A DNA stretch of 64,000 nucleotides, from NCBI GenBank assembly GCA_029555205.1, contig JAKPTB010000149.1, positions 10,993 to 74,992 of the forward strand, given 5' to 3'. Each line of letters begins with the position of its first letter. The stretch's first letter is position 1. The translations under genes and the position numbers were made by a program. Shown here in pieces: positions 30,048 to 40,576 of the stretch. Source of the DNA: Bacillota bacterium. Its GTDB lineage: Bacteria; Bacillota; Desulfotomaculia; Desulfotomaculales; Pelotomaculaceae. Below the pieces are notes generated by a model that saw only the letters and a program-made list of their open reading frames with translations, ran no database searches and was not told where the DNA came from.

Positions 30048-31157
30048 TTGAATCAAAGGAACTTGATTATTCTGGCTGGAAGTGTCTTCGGCCTTTTAGC
30101 GATTCTCCTGGTCAAGTTCGGCAACCCGCCCAATATGGGTTTTTGCATCGCCTGTTTTTTAAGAGATGTTACCGGTGGGCTGGGTTTACACAGGGCTCCT
30201 GTGGCTCAATACATCCGCCCGGAAATCCTGGGGCTGGTGCTGGGAGCTTTTGCAGCGGCCATGGTTACCAGGGAATTCCGGTCCCTCGGCGGTTCCAGCG
30301 CACTTACCCGCTTTGCTCTCGGCTTCGTTGCCATGATCGGGATGCTGGTTTTCCTGGGTTGTCCCCTGCGTGCTATTTTACGTCTTGCGGGCGGCGACCT
30401 GAACGCCTTGCTAGGTTTAGCCGGATTGGTGGCGGGAGTGGCCCTGGGAATTCCCTTTTTGCGGAAGGGCTTTTCCCTGGGCAGGGCTTTGCCTCAAAAT
30501 AAGGCAAATGGCTATATCTTTGTCGGAATCATAATTTTTCTACTGATCCTTTTGCTGGCCAAGCCTGCATTTATTTACTTCAGTACGGAGGGTCCCGGGT
30601 CAATGAGGGCTCCCCTGGCCTTGTCCCTGGGTGCAGGTCTGCTGGCAGGTTTCCTGGCCCAACGCTCAAGGCTCTGTCTGGCCGGCGGAGTCAGGGATTT
30701 CATTTTATTCAGGGATTTTTACCTGCTCTACGGCTTTATTGCTATACTGGTTGTCGCCTTCTTGGGAAACCTGGTCCTGGGCAACTTTAAACCTGGTTTT
30801 GCAGGTCAGCCCATTGCCCACAGCGACGGTCTTTGGAGTTTTCTCGGTATGATGCTGGCGGGCCTCTGCTCTGTTCTCCTGGGCGGTTGTCCCCTGCGGC
30901 AGCTTGTATCTGCATCAGAGGGCAACACTGATTCCGCCGTAACTGTAATTGGTTTAATGACAGGGGCCGCTTTCGCCCATAATTTCGGTCTGGCCGCAAG
31001 TGCCAAGGGGGTCCCCGCAGCAGGCCAGGCGGCGGTATTAATAGGATTCGTACTTGTTTTAACTATAGCATTCTTTATCTGCAAGGCCAATCTAACAGCA
31101 CGGGAGGTGAGCGCCGGTGGAAGAAATAAAGGACGCGCGGGGGCTACTCTGTCCTGA
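30048..31157 (+). CDS. yedE: YedE-family putative selenium metabolism membrane protein
   Basis: GNPPNMGFCIACFLRD N-terminal motif, polytopic, paired with yedF. Confidence 0.8.
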   Translation: MNQRNLIILAGSVFGLLAILLVKFGNPPNMGFCIACFLRDVTGGLGLHRAPVAQYIRPEILGLVLGAFAAAMVTREFRSLGGSSALTRFALGFVAMIGMLVFLGCPLRAILRLAGGDLNALLGLAGLVAGVALGIPFLRKGFSLGRALPQNKANGYIFVGIIIFLLILLLAKPAFIYFSTEGPGSMRAPLALSLGAGLLAGFLAQRSRLCLAGGVRDFILFRDFYLLYGFIAILVVAFLGNLVLGNFKPGFAGQPIAHSDGLWSFLGMMLAGLCSVLLGGCPLRQLVSASEGNTDSAVTVIGLMTGAAFAHNFGLAASAKGVPAAGQAAVLIGFVLVLTIAFFICKANLTAREVSAGGRNKGRAGATLS

Positions 31158-31329
31158 ACCCTTACTAATCACCAAGCAGGAAATGGAGAGACTGGGTGGC
31201 GGTACCTTTAAAGTCCTGGTCAATACGGCTGCTGCCAGGGATAATATCACCCGTCTCGCTAAAAACCAGAACTGGAAGATTGAAGTTTCAGAAAAGGACG
31301 GGGAATATTTACTTACTCTCACAAAATAA
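31117..31329 (+). CDS. yedF: sulfurtransferase-like selenium metabolism protein YedF (TusA fold)
   Basis: 70 aa with the DARGLLCPEP (CPxP) motif. The GTG start overlaps the end of yedE. Confidence 0.8.
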   Translation: MEEIKDARGLLCPEPLLITKQEMERLGGGTFKVLVNTAAARDNITRLAKNQNWKIEVSEKDGEYLLTLTK

Positions 31330-31577
31330 ATAAACCAGGCCTGCTCTTTTTTGGTACATGGTTAAAAAAACTAACACATTATTGTTCAAAATGGGGGCAA
31401 TTTTTGTATTAATTTGTCGAATAAAATATGCTAAGATTAAGAGATAAAACTACAGTCATCGACCCGGCTAAGGAAGTAGCCGGGTCTTTTAAGGCTTTTG
31501 GGGGAGCCCTGAAGTAGAGTGATAATTAATTTCATGTTGACAATGTTCAAACTTTTCAGATATTCTAGGCATAAGGA

Positions 31578-32588
31578 TTGGTGCAGGAAAAATATACTGA
31601 AAAGAATCAAAATAAATCGTGCGGGGGGAGATTCGCATTGTCCACAATCCTGAATCTGGGACACCAGGTCCATCAAATTGATGTTCGGGAGCAGGGAAGA
31701 ACAGAACGTACATCCAGTTATATTCTGGCTGCCGAAAATGTGGCTATTATTGAAACCGGAGCTTCACCGGGCACCGTCTACCTGCTGGATGCCCTTAAAA
31801 ACCTGGGAATTGCTGTTCAAAGAGTGAAGTATATTATTGTTACGCACATTCATCTGGATCATTCCGGCGGAGCCGGACAACTGGCCAGAGAGTTGCCGGA
31901 TTCCCGGATAATCGTTCATCCCAGGGGGGCAAGGCATCTCATTGACCCGTCAAGGCTGGTTGCCGGGGCCAGGCAGCTCTACGGCGAGCGTTTTGATGAA
32001 TTTTTTGGTGAGGTTCTGCCTGTTCCCGCAGAGAGGATCCATACCCCGGAGGATGGGGAAAACCTGGAACTGGAAGAAGGCCGGACCCTGACAATCTATC
32101 ATACACCCGGGCATGCCCGCCATCACCTTGTTGTTCACGATCCTGTCGCCAGGGGGCTCTTTAGCGGTGACGCTATGGGTAGTTGTTACCCTGCACTAAG
32201 CAGACTCATTGAACGTGACTATATTCTTCCCCTCACACCCCCATCGGAATTTGATCCGCCTACATTCGTAGAAACACTGGAACGTTTGAGTAAGCTGGAT
32301 GTAGAGAATATTTACTTTACTCACTTCGGGCGTGCTGCCGGTGCCAAGTCAATTTTTCCAAGAGTTCGTGAACTGGTTATCACCTTTGCTGAGATAGGAC
32401 GCTCTATTCTTGATTCCGGGGGCGGGGCCAAAGAGATCGAAGCAACGCTGTGGGATCTGGTGCTGGGCGAGCTTTCACAATACGGGGAGATTGACAGAAA
32501 CCATCCATTTTTGAAATATCTTGAGTCTGATATGGAGCTAAACGCTGCAGGAATTGTTCACTACTTTCAAAAGATGAAAAAAGGTTAA
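31578..32588 (+). CDS. MBL-fold metallo-hydrolase
   Basis: THIHLDHSGGAG motif. The start is uncertain (TTG 31578 or GTG 31581, after AAGGA). Confidence 0.8.
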   Translation: MVQEKYTEKNQNKSCGGRFALSTILNLGHQVHQIDVREQGRTERTSSYILAAENVAIIETGASPGTVYLLDALKNLGIAVQRVKYIIVTHIHLDHSGGAGQLARELPDSRIIVHPRGARHLIDPSRLVAGARQLYGERFDEFFGEVLPVPAERIHTPEDGENLELEEGRTLTIYHTPGHARHHLVVHDPVARGLFSGDAMGSCYPALSRLIERDYILPLTPPSEFDPPTFVETLERLSKLDVENIYFTHFGRAAGAKSIFPRVRELVITFAEIGRSILDSGGGAKEIEATLWDLVLGELSQYGEIDRNHPFLKYLESDMELNAAGIVHYFQKMKKG

Positions 32589-32738
32589 AAAAAAATCCGG
32601 TTTTAAGAAAACCGGAAAAAACATTGGTGGATGTAGGCTGGAATAATAAATTACAAAAAGGAGGGGAGCCGGTTCGCCGGTTAAGCGAACCGGTAGATGT
32701 GGGGAATATTTTGTCTGCCTTCCTGCCTGGAACTGCGC

Positions 32739-32975
32739 TTAGCGCTTTAACCACTTCCTGTGGCCGCAGGAGAGACAGGTAATCACCGTATTTCCCCGGC
32801 TGGTCCGGGCTATGTGTTTGCGGCTGTGAAACCCGCAAACTTTGCAGTATGCACCTTCTTCAGTAAAGGTTTCCTGTACCATTTTCTCAAAAGTCCTGCT
32901 GACTGGATTCCGGAATACCTTATTGTTGAAAGGAATTATCAAATCCCGGGAGTCGATTGCTCGATCTATAGACAT
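32739..32975 (-). CDS. small zinc-ribbon protein, hypothetical
   Basis: 78 aa with CKVCG...CLSCGH. The RBS is weak. Confidence 0.45.
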   Translation of the reverse strand: MSIDRAIDSRDLIIPFNNKVFRNPVSRTFEKMVQETFTEEGAYCKVCGFHSRKHIARTSRGNTVITCLSCGHRKWLKR

Positions 32976-33187
32976 GGTTTTACACTTCTTTCAATAACCT
33001 GCGCAACATTAAAGCACTTTGGATAATAAATACCAGCAAAAGTCATGCCTGTAAAACTATACGGCATGTCTTTGTTGTTTATTAAAAGTAGAAGGAGTTC
33101 AGATCTATTTTGAAGAATATCCTAAATATAAAATATGCAAATATAATACATAATTTTCTAAAACTGGTAAGTGAGTGGTGGATTGTA

Positions 33188-34501
33188 ATGGTTCGGCCGA
33201 GCAGTATTACTTTCGGTATAATTATCCGCTGGGGATTGATCCAACTGGCGGCAATAAGCCTGGTAGTTTTGCTGAAACCGGGGATCTGGGAGGCTCTGAT
33301 CATTGCTATTGCCTTAAATGCCCTGGGAACTTATTCAATTGTTGATTATATTCAAAAGTACAAAGGTGTAAAGTTAAAGCTGGACGAACATCCCATTGAC
33401 CCGACCCTGCAAATTGCCAATGAGACCCTTCCCTTCATGAGACGGGGCTTAAATGAAGAAACGGCTCAAAAGACCGCTGAAATTATTTTGAAAATCAGCG
33501 ATGTATCCGCAGTGGCTATTACAGACCGTGAAAATGTGCTGGCTTACATTGGGGAGTGCTCGGATCACCACAAGGCGGGCGGTCCCATTATCACCTATCC
33601 CACCAAGCAAGCCATAGCAACTGGGGAATTAGTGATTGTAAATGATAAAAAAGGTTTAAACTGCCCGGAGAAGAACTGTACGCTCCAGGCAGCCGTTATC
33701 GCCCCCATGAAGTGCAAGGGTGAGGTAGCCGGAACGGTTAAGCTCTATCAGACCAGTCAGGGCAGTCTTCAACCTTCCGTAGTTAAGCTGGCTGTGGCTG
33801 TGGCGCAACTCCTGGGACTGCAGATGGAACTGGCTGAACTGGACCGCCAGACTCAGCTTGTCACCATCGCCGAACTGGATGCCCTGCATGCCCAGATTAA
33901 CCCTCACTTTTTATTCAATACGCTTAATGCTATAATTACTTACAGCCGTACTCACCCGGAAACAGCAAGAAGGCTGTTGATCCGTCTGGCCTCATTTTTC
34001 CGGCAGGCCTTAAAAAGACACGGTCATTTCAATAGTGTTAAAGAAGAAATTGAATATGTAAATACCTACATCATTCTGGAAAAGGCCCGTTTCCGGGAAA
34101 AATTAAAGATCAAGAGGGATCTTGATCCTGCCCTTTTTGATTATCAGGTGCCTGTTCTAACTTTGCAGCCCCTTGTGGAGAACGCCATTAAACATGGTGT
34201 CCAGCCAAAGGTAGGTCCCGGGACGGTGGAAATTATAGCACGTCTGGTAAACGGAGAAATGCTGTTTATAATTCGTGATGACGGGGTTGGAATCAGCAGC
34301 GACAGGTTGTCTAAAATATTTCTTCCCGGCTACGGCTCAGGCAACGGTGTTGGTTTAAGCAACGTCCATGAGCGTTTGAAGAGTTTGTTTGGGGAGGATT
34401 ACGGACTTCGCATAACAAGCGAAATAAACAAGGGCACCTCAGTTTATGTCAGGATTCCGGTTAAGAAAGCGCTATGGCAAAAGGAGGTTGCTGCCCAGTG
34501 A
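33188..34501 (+). CDS. LytS/YehU-type sensor histidine kinase with GAF-like domain
   Basis: INPHFLFNTLNAI (His_kinase) plus an HATPase region (GVGLSNVHERL). The ATG at 33188 follows GGTGG. Confidence 0.85.
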   Translation: MVRPSSITFGIIIRWGLIQLAAISLVVLLKPGIWEALIIAIALNALGTYSIVDYIQKYKGVKLKLDEHPIDPTLQIANETLPFMRRGLNEETAQKTAEIILKISDVSAVAITDRENVLAYIGECSDHHKAGGPIITYPTKQAIATGELVIVNDKKGLNCPEKNCTLQAAVIAPMKCKGEVAGTVKLYQTSQGSLQPSVVKLAVAVAQLLGLQMELAELDRQTQLVTIAELDALHAQINPHFLFNTLNAIITYSRTHPETARRLLIRLASFFRQALKRHGHFNSVKEEIEYVNTYIILEKARFREKLKIKRDLDPALFDYQVPVLTLQPLVENAIKHGVQPKVGPGTVEIIARLVNGEMLFIIRDDGVGISSDRLSKIFLPGYGSGNGVGLSNVHERLKSLFGEDYGLRITSEINKGTSVYVRIPVKKALWQKEVAAQ

Positions 34502-35286
34502 AATTAAAGGCGCTTATCGTGGATGATGAATATCCAGCCAGGCAAGAGTTGAGGTATGCTTTAAACGGCACGGATAATGTTGAAATAGTTGGTGAAGCGA
34601 CAAATGCCCAGGAAGCCCTTGCCCTGATCAAAGCCCTCGACTACCAGATTCTCTTTCTTGATATTTCCATGCCCGGCATGAGCGGCTTGGAACTGGGGGC
34701 CGTTATTCAAGAATTGCCGAGACAGCCCTATATTATTTTTGTAACTGCTTTTGATGAATATGCAGTATCGGCATTTGAAGTAAATGCAGTAGATTATATA
34801 CTCAAACCTTTTGAGCCTCAGCGTCTGCAAAAGGCTATCGATAAAGTAATCAAGCTGACCCAGGAGTTCGCAGGGACTGACTCTGAAGGCAATGCCGGTT
34901 CCGCTAAGAAGACCTCCAGGGATCCCGTCCAGCGTCACCAGGAGCAAATCAGGTTTGACCGCATCCCGGCGGAAAAGCAGGGGAAGACCATCCTGGTCAA
35001 TGAATCCGATATTGTCTACGCCTTTACAGAACAGGACTATGTTTATATCAAAACCTATAGCGATAAGCTCTTTACGCGGTTTACCCTGAAGGAACTGGAG
35101 GCGCGCTTAAACCCCAATCTCTTTTTCCGGACTCATCGCTGCTACCTGGTGAACCTGCACAAAGTAAAAGAGATTGTCCCCTTTTTTAATGGAGCATATA
35201 ATTTGACCGTAGAGGACAAAGAGCGAAGCGAGGTCCCGGTCAGTCGTGCCCAGGCCAAGAAATTAAGAAAAATATTAGGTTTATAA
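34498..35286 (+). CDS. LytR/AlgR (LytTR) family response regulator
   Basis: Receiver domain (ALIVDDE...LFLDISMPGMSG) plus a LytTR C-terminus (FRTHRCYLVNL). The GTG start overlaps the HK stop. Confidence 0.9.
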   Translation: MKLKALIVDDEYPARQELRYALNGTDNVEIVGEATNAQEALALIKALDYQILFLDISMPGMSGLELGAVIQELPRQPYIIFVTAFDEYAVSAFEVNAVDYILKPFEPQRLQKAIDKVIKLTQEFAGTDSEGNAGSAKKTSRDPVQRHQEQIRFDRIPAEKQGKTILVNESDIVYAFTEQDYVYIKTYSDKLFTRFTLKELEARLNPNLFFRTHRCYLVNLHKVKEIVPFFNGAYNLTVEDKERSEVPVSRAQAKKLRKILGL

Positions 35287-35463
35287 CATACCCTGTCCGT
35301 CCCTGTAAATCCGGCCGGAGGTATAGGCACGGCAATAAATCGTCCAGAATAATAAAGGGATAACCTGCTGTTAAGTTTAACTTTAAAAGGCAGGTTATTT
35401 TGTATTTTATCGCGAATTTTTAGTACAGGTTTTGATTTGTTTGCAGAACCGGAGGTGATAAAA

Positions 35464-35871
35464 TTGACTGGTGGTACTCGCACCGGCGCTCCCGCCGGTG
35501 TCGGGACGGATATAATCGAGATTAGCAGGGTTCGAGAGGCTGTGGAGCGTGGCGGCCGCCGCTTTTTGGAGCGTGTCTATACAGAAGGGGAAATAGCTTT
35601 CTGTGAGGGCAGGCGTGACCGGTATGCCTGTCTGGCGGTCCGCTTTGCCGCTAAAGAAGCGGTATTCAAGGCCCTGGGCAATGGCCTGGCCGGGTGCCGC
35701 TGGGTGGATGTTGAGGTTTGCCGGACAGGGCGGGGCAGGCCTGAGATCATATTGCATGGGGCAGCCGCAAGGCTGGCCAGAGAGAACGGCATCGCGTCTG
35801 TACTGATCAGCATGTCCCATAGCCGTGAACATGCTGTTGCCTTTGCCCTTGCCGCTAGAGAGGGGGTTTGA
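35464..35871 (+). CDS. acpS: holo-[acyl-carrier-protein] synthase
   Basis: GVGTDIIEISRV...RFAAKEAVFKALG. The TTG start follows GGAGGTG. Confidence 0.85.
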   Translation: MTGGTRTGAPAGVGTDIIEISRVREAVERGGRRFLERVYTEGEIAFCEGRRDRYACLAVRFAAKEAVFKALGNGLAGCRWVDVEVCRTGRGRPEIILHGAAARLARENGIASVLISMSHSREHAVAFALAAREGV

Positions 35872-37421
35872 GTTTGAGAGTCGTTACTGCTGAGGAAATG
35901 AAAGCGCTGGATCGGGCTGCCATAGAAGAGTATGGAATTCCAGGCCTGGTTCTAATGGAAAACGCCGGCCGCCACGTGGTGGAAATAATCAGGCAGGAAC
36001 TGGGAGATGTCCGGGATAAAGTCGTAACAGTATTTATTGGTAAGGGTAATAACGGAGGTGACGGCCTGGTTATAGCCCGTCACCTCCTCAATATGGGGGC
36101 CGAAATCAAACTCCTGGTGCTGGCCAATGTCGAGGAAATAACCGGAGACGCTGCTGTTAACCTGGAGATATGGCGAAAACTGGGACAAAAGATTTATTCC
36201 ATCCACCATGGCGACGGGATTAATATCGTGAGATTAATCTTAATGAACACGGACCTGATTGTAGACGCCATTTACGGTACAGGATTCCGGGGAAAAGTGC
36301 CGGAAAAGGTCGGCCGGATTATTGAGGTGCTTAATAGCAGCGGCAAACCTATTGTTGCCGTGGACATCCCCTCCGGACTTGAAGCCAGTAACGGCAAGGT
36401 TGAAGGGCCCTGTATCCAGGCGACCCACACCGTTACTTTCGGTTTGCCGAAACTGGGGTTAATCCTGGAACCAGGCGCAGGTTATGCAGGCCAGCTACAT
36501 ATCGCCGATATCTCCATTCCAGCGGTCCTCGTAGAAAAGGAAGGCCCCTTAAGGTACCTGATCACGCCCGAGCTGGTCAGGGAATGGCTCCCCGCCCGCC
36601 CCTCCGGGGCACACAAAGGCACCTTCGGCAGGGTACTCATCGTTGCCGGTTCCCGGGGTATGACAGGAGCCGCCTGCCTGGCCGGGGAGGCGGCCCTCAG
36701 GGCTGGTGCGGGGCTGGTCACGGTGGCTGTGCCGGAAACCCTGCATGATATTGTAGAGATGAAATTGACTGAAGTGATGACGACGCCCCTTCCCGACAAC
36801 GGTAAGGGTTGTCTGAGCAAGGAGGCAAAACAGGCCATCCTGTCCCTGCTGGAAGACAAGGATGTTCTTGCCATCGGTCCCGGCCTGTCTAACGATCCTG
36901 AAGTGGCGGCCCTGGTGAGGGAACTGCTTTCCTCCCTAAGGGTTCCCTGTGTACTTGACGCTGACGCGCTGAACGCCCTGGCCGGAGCAGGGGAACTTCT
37001 CAGAAAAGTCCAGGCCCCTGTAATTATAACGCCCCACCCGGGTGAAATGGCCCGGTTGACGGGAGTATCAATCCGGGAGATCCAGGAGGACAGGCTTTTA
37101 ACCACCAGCAGGGCGGCGCTCAACTGGAATGTTGTGGTACTTCTGAAAGGGGCCCGTACAGTTGTGGCCGATCCGGGCGGTGCCATTTACATTAACCCTA
37201 CGGGTAACCCGGGTATGGCTACCGCCGGAAGCGGCGATATATTAACCGGCTGCATAGCTGCCCTGCTGGGTCAGGGTCTTGACCCGTCCCGGGCGGCTGC
37301 TGCAGGAGCTTACCTCCATGGCCTGGCAGGCGACCTGGCGGCCAGGGAAAAGGGTATGATGGGATTGGTGGCGGGTGACCTTGTTTTAACCCTGCCGGAA
37401 GCAATCCGGGATCTCGGTTAA
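35868..37421 (+). CDS. nnr: bifunctional NAD(P)H-hydrate epimerase / ADP-dependent dehydratase
   Basis: YjeF N-domain (GKGNNGGDG) and C-domain (GSRGMTGAA...GSGDILTG), 517 aa. Confidence 0.9.
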   Translation: MSLRVVTAEEMKALDRAAIEEYGIPGLVLMENAGRHVVEIIRQELGDVRDKVVTVFIGKGNNGGDGLVIARHLLNMGAEIKLLVLANVEEITGDAAVNLEIWRKLGQKIYSIHHGDGINIVRLILMNTDLIVDAIYGTGFRGKVPEKVGRIIEVLNSSGKPIVAVDIPSGLEASNGKVEGPCIQATHTVTFGLPKLGLILEPGAGYAGQLHIADISIPAVLVEKEGPLRYLITPELVREWLPARPSGAHKGTFGRVLIVAGSRGMTGAACLAGEAALRAGAGLVTVAVPETLHDIVEMKLTEVMTTPLPDNGKGCLSKEAKQAILSLLEDKDVLAIGPGLSNDPEVAALVRELLSSLRVPCVLDADALNALAGAGELLRKVQAPVIITPHPGEMARLTGVSIREIQEDRLLTTSRAALNWNVVVLLKGARTVVADPGGAIYINPTGNPGMATAGSGDILTGCIAALLGQGLDPSRAAAAGAYLHGLAGDLAAREKGMMGLVAGDLVLTLPEAIRDLG

Positions 37422-37481
37422 ACGGGATTGACGGGAATCAGAAAACAAGAAAATCGAAATCATAATTAAGGTGGGGTTATT

Positions 37482-38600
37482 ATGCTCATCGGTGTATTAA
37501 AAGAAATAAAACCCAATGAAGACCGTGTTGCGGTGACACCGGCGGGGGTCAAGGCTCTAACCGGCGCAGGTCACAGGGTGTTGATTGAATCAGGGGCAGG
37601 TCTTGGTAGTGGCATTTCGGATGAGGTTTATGCCTCAGCCGGCGCTGAGTTGTTGAGGGAGCCTTCTGAAATATACAGCCGGGCGGAAATGATTTTAAAA
37701 GTCAAAGAACCTTTACCCCAGGAGTACTCCCTGATGCGGGAAGGCCAGATCCTTTTTACCTATCTGCACCTGGCAAGTGATAAATCACTGACTATAGCCC
37801 TGCTGGAGAAGAAAATAATTGCTGTGGCCTATGAAACTGTCCAGCTTGACAGCGGTTTACTCCCTTTGCTTACTCCCATGAGTGAAATTGCCGGTAAGAT
37901 GGCCGTTCAACTGGGCGCTCATTATTTAGAAAAGCCCTACGGGGGCAGGGGGGTTCTTCTGGGAGGAGTGCCGGGGGTCCCGGCAGCTGACGTGGTTATT
38001 ATCGGCGCCGGCACGGTAGGGGCCAGCGCTGCCAAAGTGGCTATCGGCATGGGAGCACAGGTTTCAATAATAGACAGGAATCTGGACCGCTTGCGTATTC
38101 TGGATGACCTCTACGGGGGCAGGATTAAGACTTTTGCGTCAAATCCAGCACACCTGGAGCAGTCCACCCGCTATGCCGACCTGCTGATCGGGGCCGTGCT
38201 GGTGGTGGGAGCCAGGACGCCCAAAATAGTTAGTGAAGAAATGGTCAAAAAAATGAAGAAAGGTTCCGTTATTATAGATGTCGCTGTTGACCAGGGGGGG
38301 TCCATTGAGACTATTGACCGGGTTACCACACATGCCGATCCCATCTATGAGAAGCATGGTGTTATTCACTATGCTGTGTCGAATATGCCAGGGGCAGTGG
38401 CCAGGACTTCCACTTTTGCCCTGGCCAATGCTACCCTCCCCTATGCCCTTGAACTGGCCAATAACGGTTGTGAAAAAGCTGCTTTGAACAACCGGGCCCT
38501 TGCCCGCGGGGTTAATACTTACAGGGGCATGCTGACCTGCCGGGCGGTAGCTGAATCACATAATCTGGACTACTGTTCGTTGAGCCAAGTCATCGGATAA
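37482..38600 (+). CDS. ald: alanine dehydrogenase
   Basis: MLIGVLKEIKPNEDRVAVTPAGV...IIGAGTVG Rossmann fold, 372 aa. Confidence 0.9.
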   Translation: MLIGVLKEIKPNEDRVAVTPAGVKALTGAGHRVLIESGAGLGSGISDEVYASAGAELLREPSEIYSRAEMILKVKEPLPQEYSLMREGQILFTYLHLASDKSLTIALLEKKIIAVAYETVQLDSGLLPLLTPMSEIAGKMAVQLGAHYLEKPYGGRGVLLGGVPGVPAADVVIIGAGTVGASAAKVAIGMGAQVSIIDRNLDRLRILDDLYGGRIKTFASNPAHLEQSTRYADLLIGAVLVVGARTPKIVSEEMVKKMKKGSVIIDVAVDQGGSIETIDRVTTHADPIYEKHGVIHYAVSNMPGAVARTSTFALANATLPYALELANNGCEKAALNNRALARGVNTYRGMLTCRAVAESHNLDYCSLSQVIG

Positions 38601-38638
38601 TATTTCAGATAATATTAATGACAAGGGAGGAATACCAT

Positions 38639-38938
38639 ATGCCAACTCCAGAAATCCTTTTAGAAGATGTGACATATTTGTTGAAAAAACTGAGCTCCCT
38701 GCACGGTGACGAGATAAAGTCCCTTTGTCGCGACCTGAACATTCAGGTAAAGAATATGGGTACCCACGATATGGTTGAACAAATCATGAGCACAGTAAAT
38801 GGAGCTATCCAGTCTTACAGGAAAAAGCCGAACCGGGAAAGTGAAAGGATCCTTGCTACTTTTCGCTACAACATGTTCGTTAAGAGCCGGTTTATGGAGA
38901 GGTATCTGGACCGGATGAAGAAGATCATACCGGATTAA
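38639..38938 (+). CDS. hypothetical protein
   Basis: 99-aa ORF after a GGGAGG RBS. No family recognised. Confidence 0.5.
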   Translation: MPTPEILLEDVTYLLKKLSSLHGDEIKSLCRDLNIQVKNMGTHDMVEQIMSTVNGAIQSYRKKPNRESERILATFRYNMFVKSRFMERYLDRMKKIIPD

Positions 38939-39068
38939 GGGAAATATCCTGAAGGGGCCTGTCCGGTAAAGGCGTCCAGGACCGGACGGGCACCGCTGTT
39001 TGGGAGCCGTACGGGAATACCTGATTTAATATAACGCTTTAAATAAAGTGAAGAAGGTGTAAGTTGGC

Positions 39069-40190
39069 ATGGCTGTATTCCCGGTTTGGGTGGAAATTGA
39101 TCTAAGCGCGATTTCTCATAATGTACGGGAAATCCGTAGAGTCACCACGCCGGCTGCCAGGGTTATGGCAGTTGTCAAGGCCGACGGCTACGGCCACGGG
39201 GCAGTGGAGGTAAGCCGGACAGCCCTGGCTGGCGGTGCGGAATGGCTGGGAGTGGCCAGGACAGGGGAAGGCGCAGCCCTGCGTGATGCGGGTATAGAAG
39301 CGCCTGTACTGGTGCTGGGTTATACCCCGCCTGAACAGTTCAGGGAAGTTCTGGAAAGGCGTCTGGTCCAGGCTGTTTTTAACCGGAAGATGGCCCTTGA
39401 CCTGGCGGAGGAGGCCCGTAAGGCCGGAGTAAAGGCCCGGGTGCATCTGAAGGTGGATACAGGGATGGGACGGCTAGGCTGGTTGGCCGGCGCCGGCGCT
39501 TGTGGAGAAATTCTGGATCTGGCCCGCAACCCCCACCTGGAGCTGGAAGGCATCTTCACTCACTTTGCAGCTGCAGACGCCCTTGACCAGAGCTATACCC
39601 TGGAACAGTTTCATAAATTTATGGAACTGACGGAACAACTGCGACGGTCCGGTCTGGAGTTTCCCCTGAGGCATGCGGCAAACAGCGCGGCCTTGCTGGG
39701 AATGCCGGAAACACATTTGGATATGGTGAGGGCGGGGATTGCCATCTACGGTCTTAAACCCTCCGGCGAGGTGAATTATAGTAACGTCAGGCTGCGCCCG
39801 GCCCTGGAGCTTAAAGCCAGGGTAGCTCATGTCAAAGAGGTGCCGGCCGGCTATGCAATTAGCTACGGTTGTACCTACAGGACCGGGAGGACTACCTGCG
39901 TTGCCACGCTGCCCCTGGGTTACGCCGACGGTTATCCCAGGCTGCTTTCATCCAGGGGAGAGGCTCTGATTCACGGCTGCCGCGCGCCGGTTGTGGGCAG
40001 GGTGTGTATGGATCAGATCATGGTGGATGTGAGCCATATTCAGGATGTGAAAATTGGAGAAGAAGCTGTCTTGATCGGTCGCCAGGACGATGAGGAAATA
40101 ACAGCGGAGGAAGTAGCCGACGAAGCGGGAACAATTCATTACGAAATTGTAAGCCAGATTAACGACCGCGTCCCAAGGATCTACAAGTAA
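39069..40190 (+). CDS. alr: alanine racemase
   Basis: [13 protein letters not shown]-lysine motif, 373 aa. Confidence 0.95.
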   Translation: MAVFPVWVEIDLSAISHNVREIRRVTTPAARVMAVVKADGYGHGAVEVSRTALAGGAEWLGVARTGEGAALRDAGIEAPVLVLGYTPPEQFREVLERRLVQAVFNRKMALDLAEEARKAGVKARVHLKVDTGMGRLGWLAGAGACGEILDLARNPHLELEGIFTHFAAADALDQSYTLEQFHKFMELTEQLRRSGLEFPLRHAANSAALLGMPETHLDMVRAGIAIYGLKPSGEVNYSNVRLRPALELKARVAHVKEVPAGYAISYGCTYRTGRTTCVATLPLGYADGYPRLLSSRGEALIHGCRAPVVGRVCMDQIMVDVSHIQDVKIGEEAVLIGRQDDEEITAEEVADEAGTIHYEIVSQINDRVPRIYK

Positions 40191-40265
40191 TACTTTTCAT
40201 TAAAAATTCAATGAACCCTTTTCTTGTCAGGTTGAATTGGAATTGTAAAAAATCTAAAGAAGCTA

Positions 40266-40294
40266 TTGACAGCGGCCACAACGCTTCATATAAT
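40266..40294 (+). promoter_or_regulatory. consensus sigma-A promoter of the amtB-glnB operon
   Basis: TTGACA, 17-nt spacer, TATAAT, all exact. Confidence 0.8.
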
Positions 40295-40300
40295 GAAATA

Positions 40301-40446
40301 GTACAACGCAGTATCAAAGACGGCGATGGCGCTTTTTGAGAAAGGTTTCTTTCTTGAAAAGCGTTTTTTGCTTTCTTGATTATATAATAAGTGAGCAGTG
40401 ACGCTCTCGAAACGGGCCGGGAAGCCTTGTTTAGAGAGCGTTTTCT
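40301..40446 (+). promoter_or_regulatory. amtB leader with two tandem intrinsic terminators, each preceded by an A..G hexaloop hairpin
   Basis: Hairpin GUAC-AACGCA-GUAU (40301..40314) precedes a 15-bp terminator plus U6 (40330..40369). Hairpin GAGC-AGUGAC-GCUC (40393..40406) overlaps the 5' arm of a second terminator, ACGCUCUC...GAGAGCGU-UUUU (40401..40446). Confidence 0.55.
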
Positions 40447-40576
40447 GTTATAAGAGAACCTGCAGTCAAAGGCGCAAGTGCCGGGGCCAGGCGCCGGCTC
40501 CGGGAGAACGTGTCAAGATGCGGACGGTTCTCAAAATAAGCCTGTCACAACGAGATTGCAAAGGGGGATTTGAAAA

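Noticed and set aside
36482-37186. 234-aa minus-strand ORF
   Set aside because: It is antisense to nnr, with Ser/Arg/Ala/Pro-rich shadow-frame composition.
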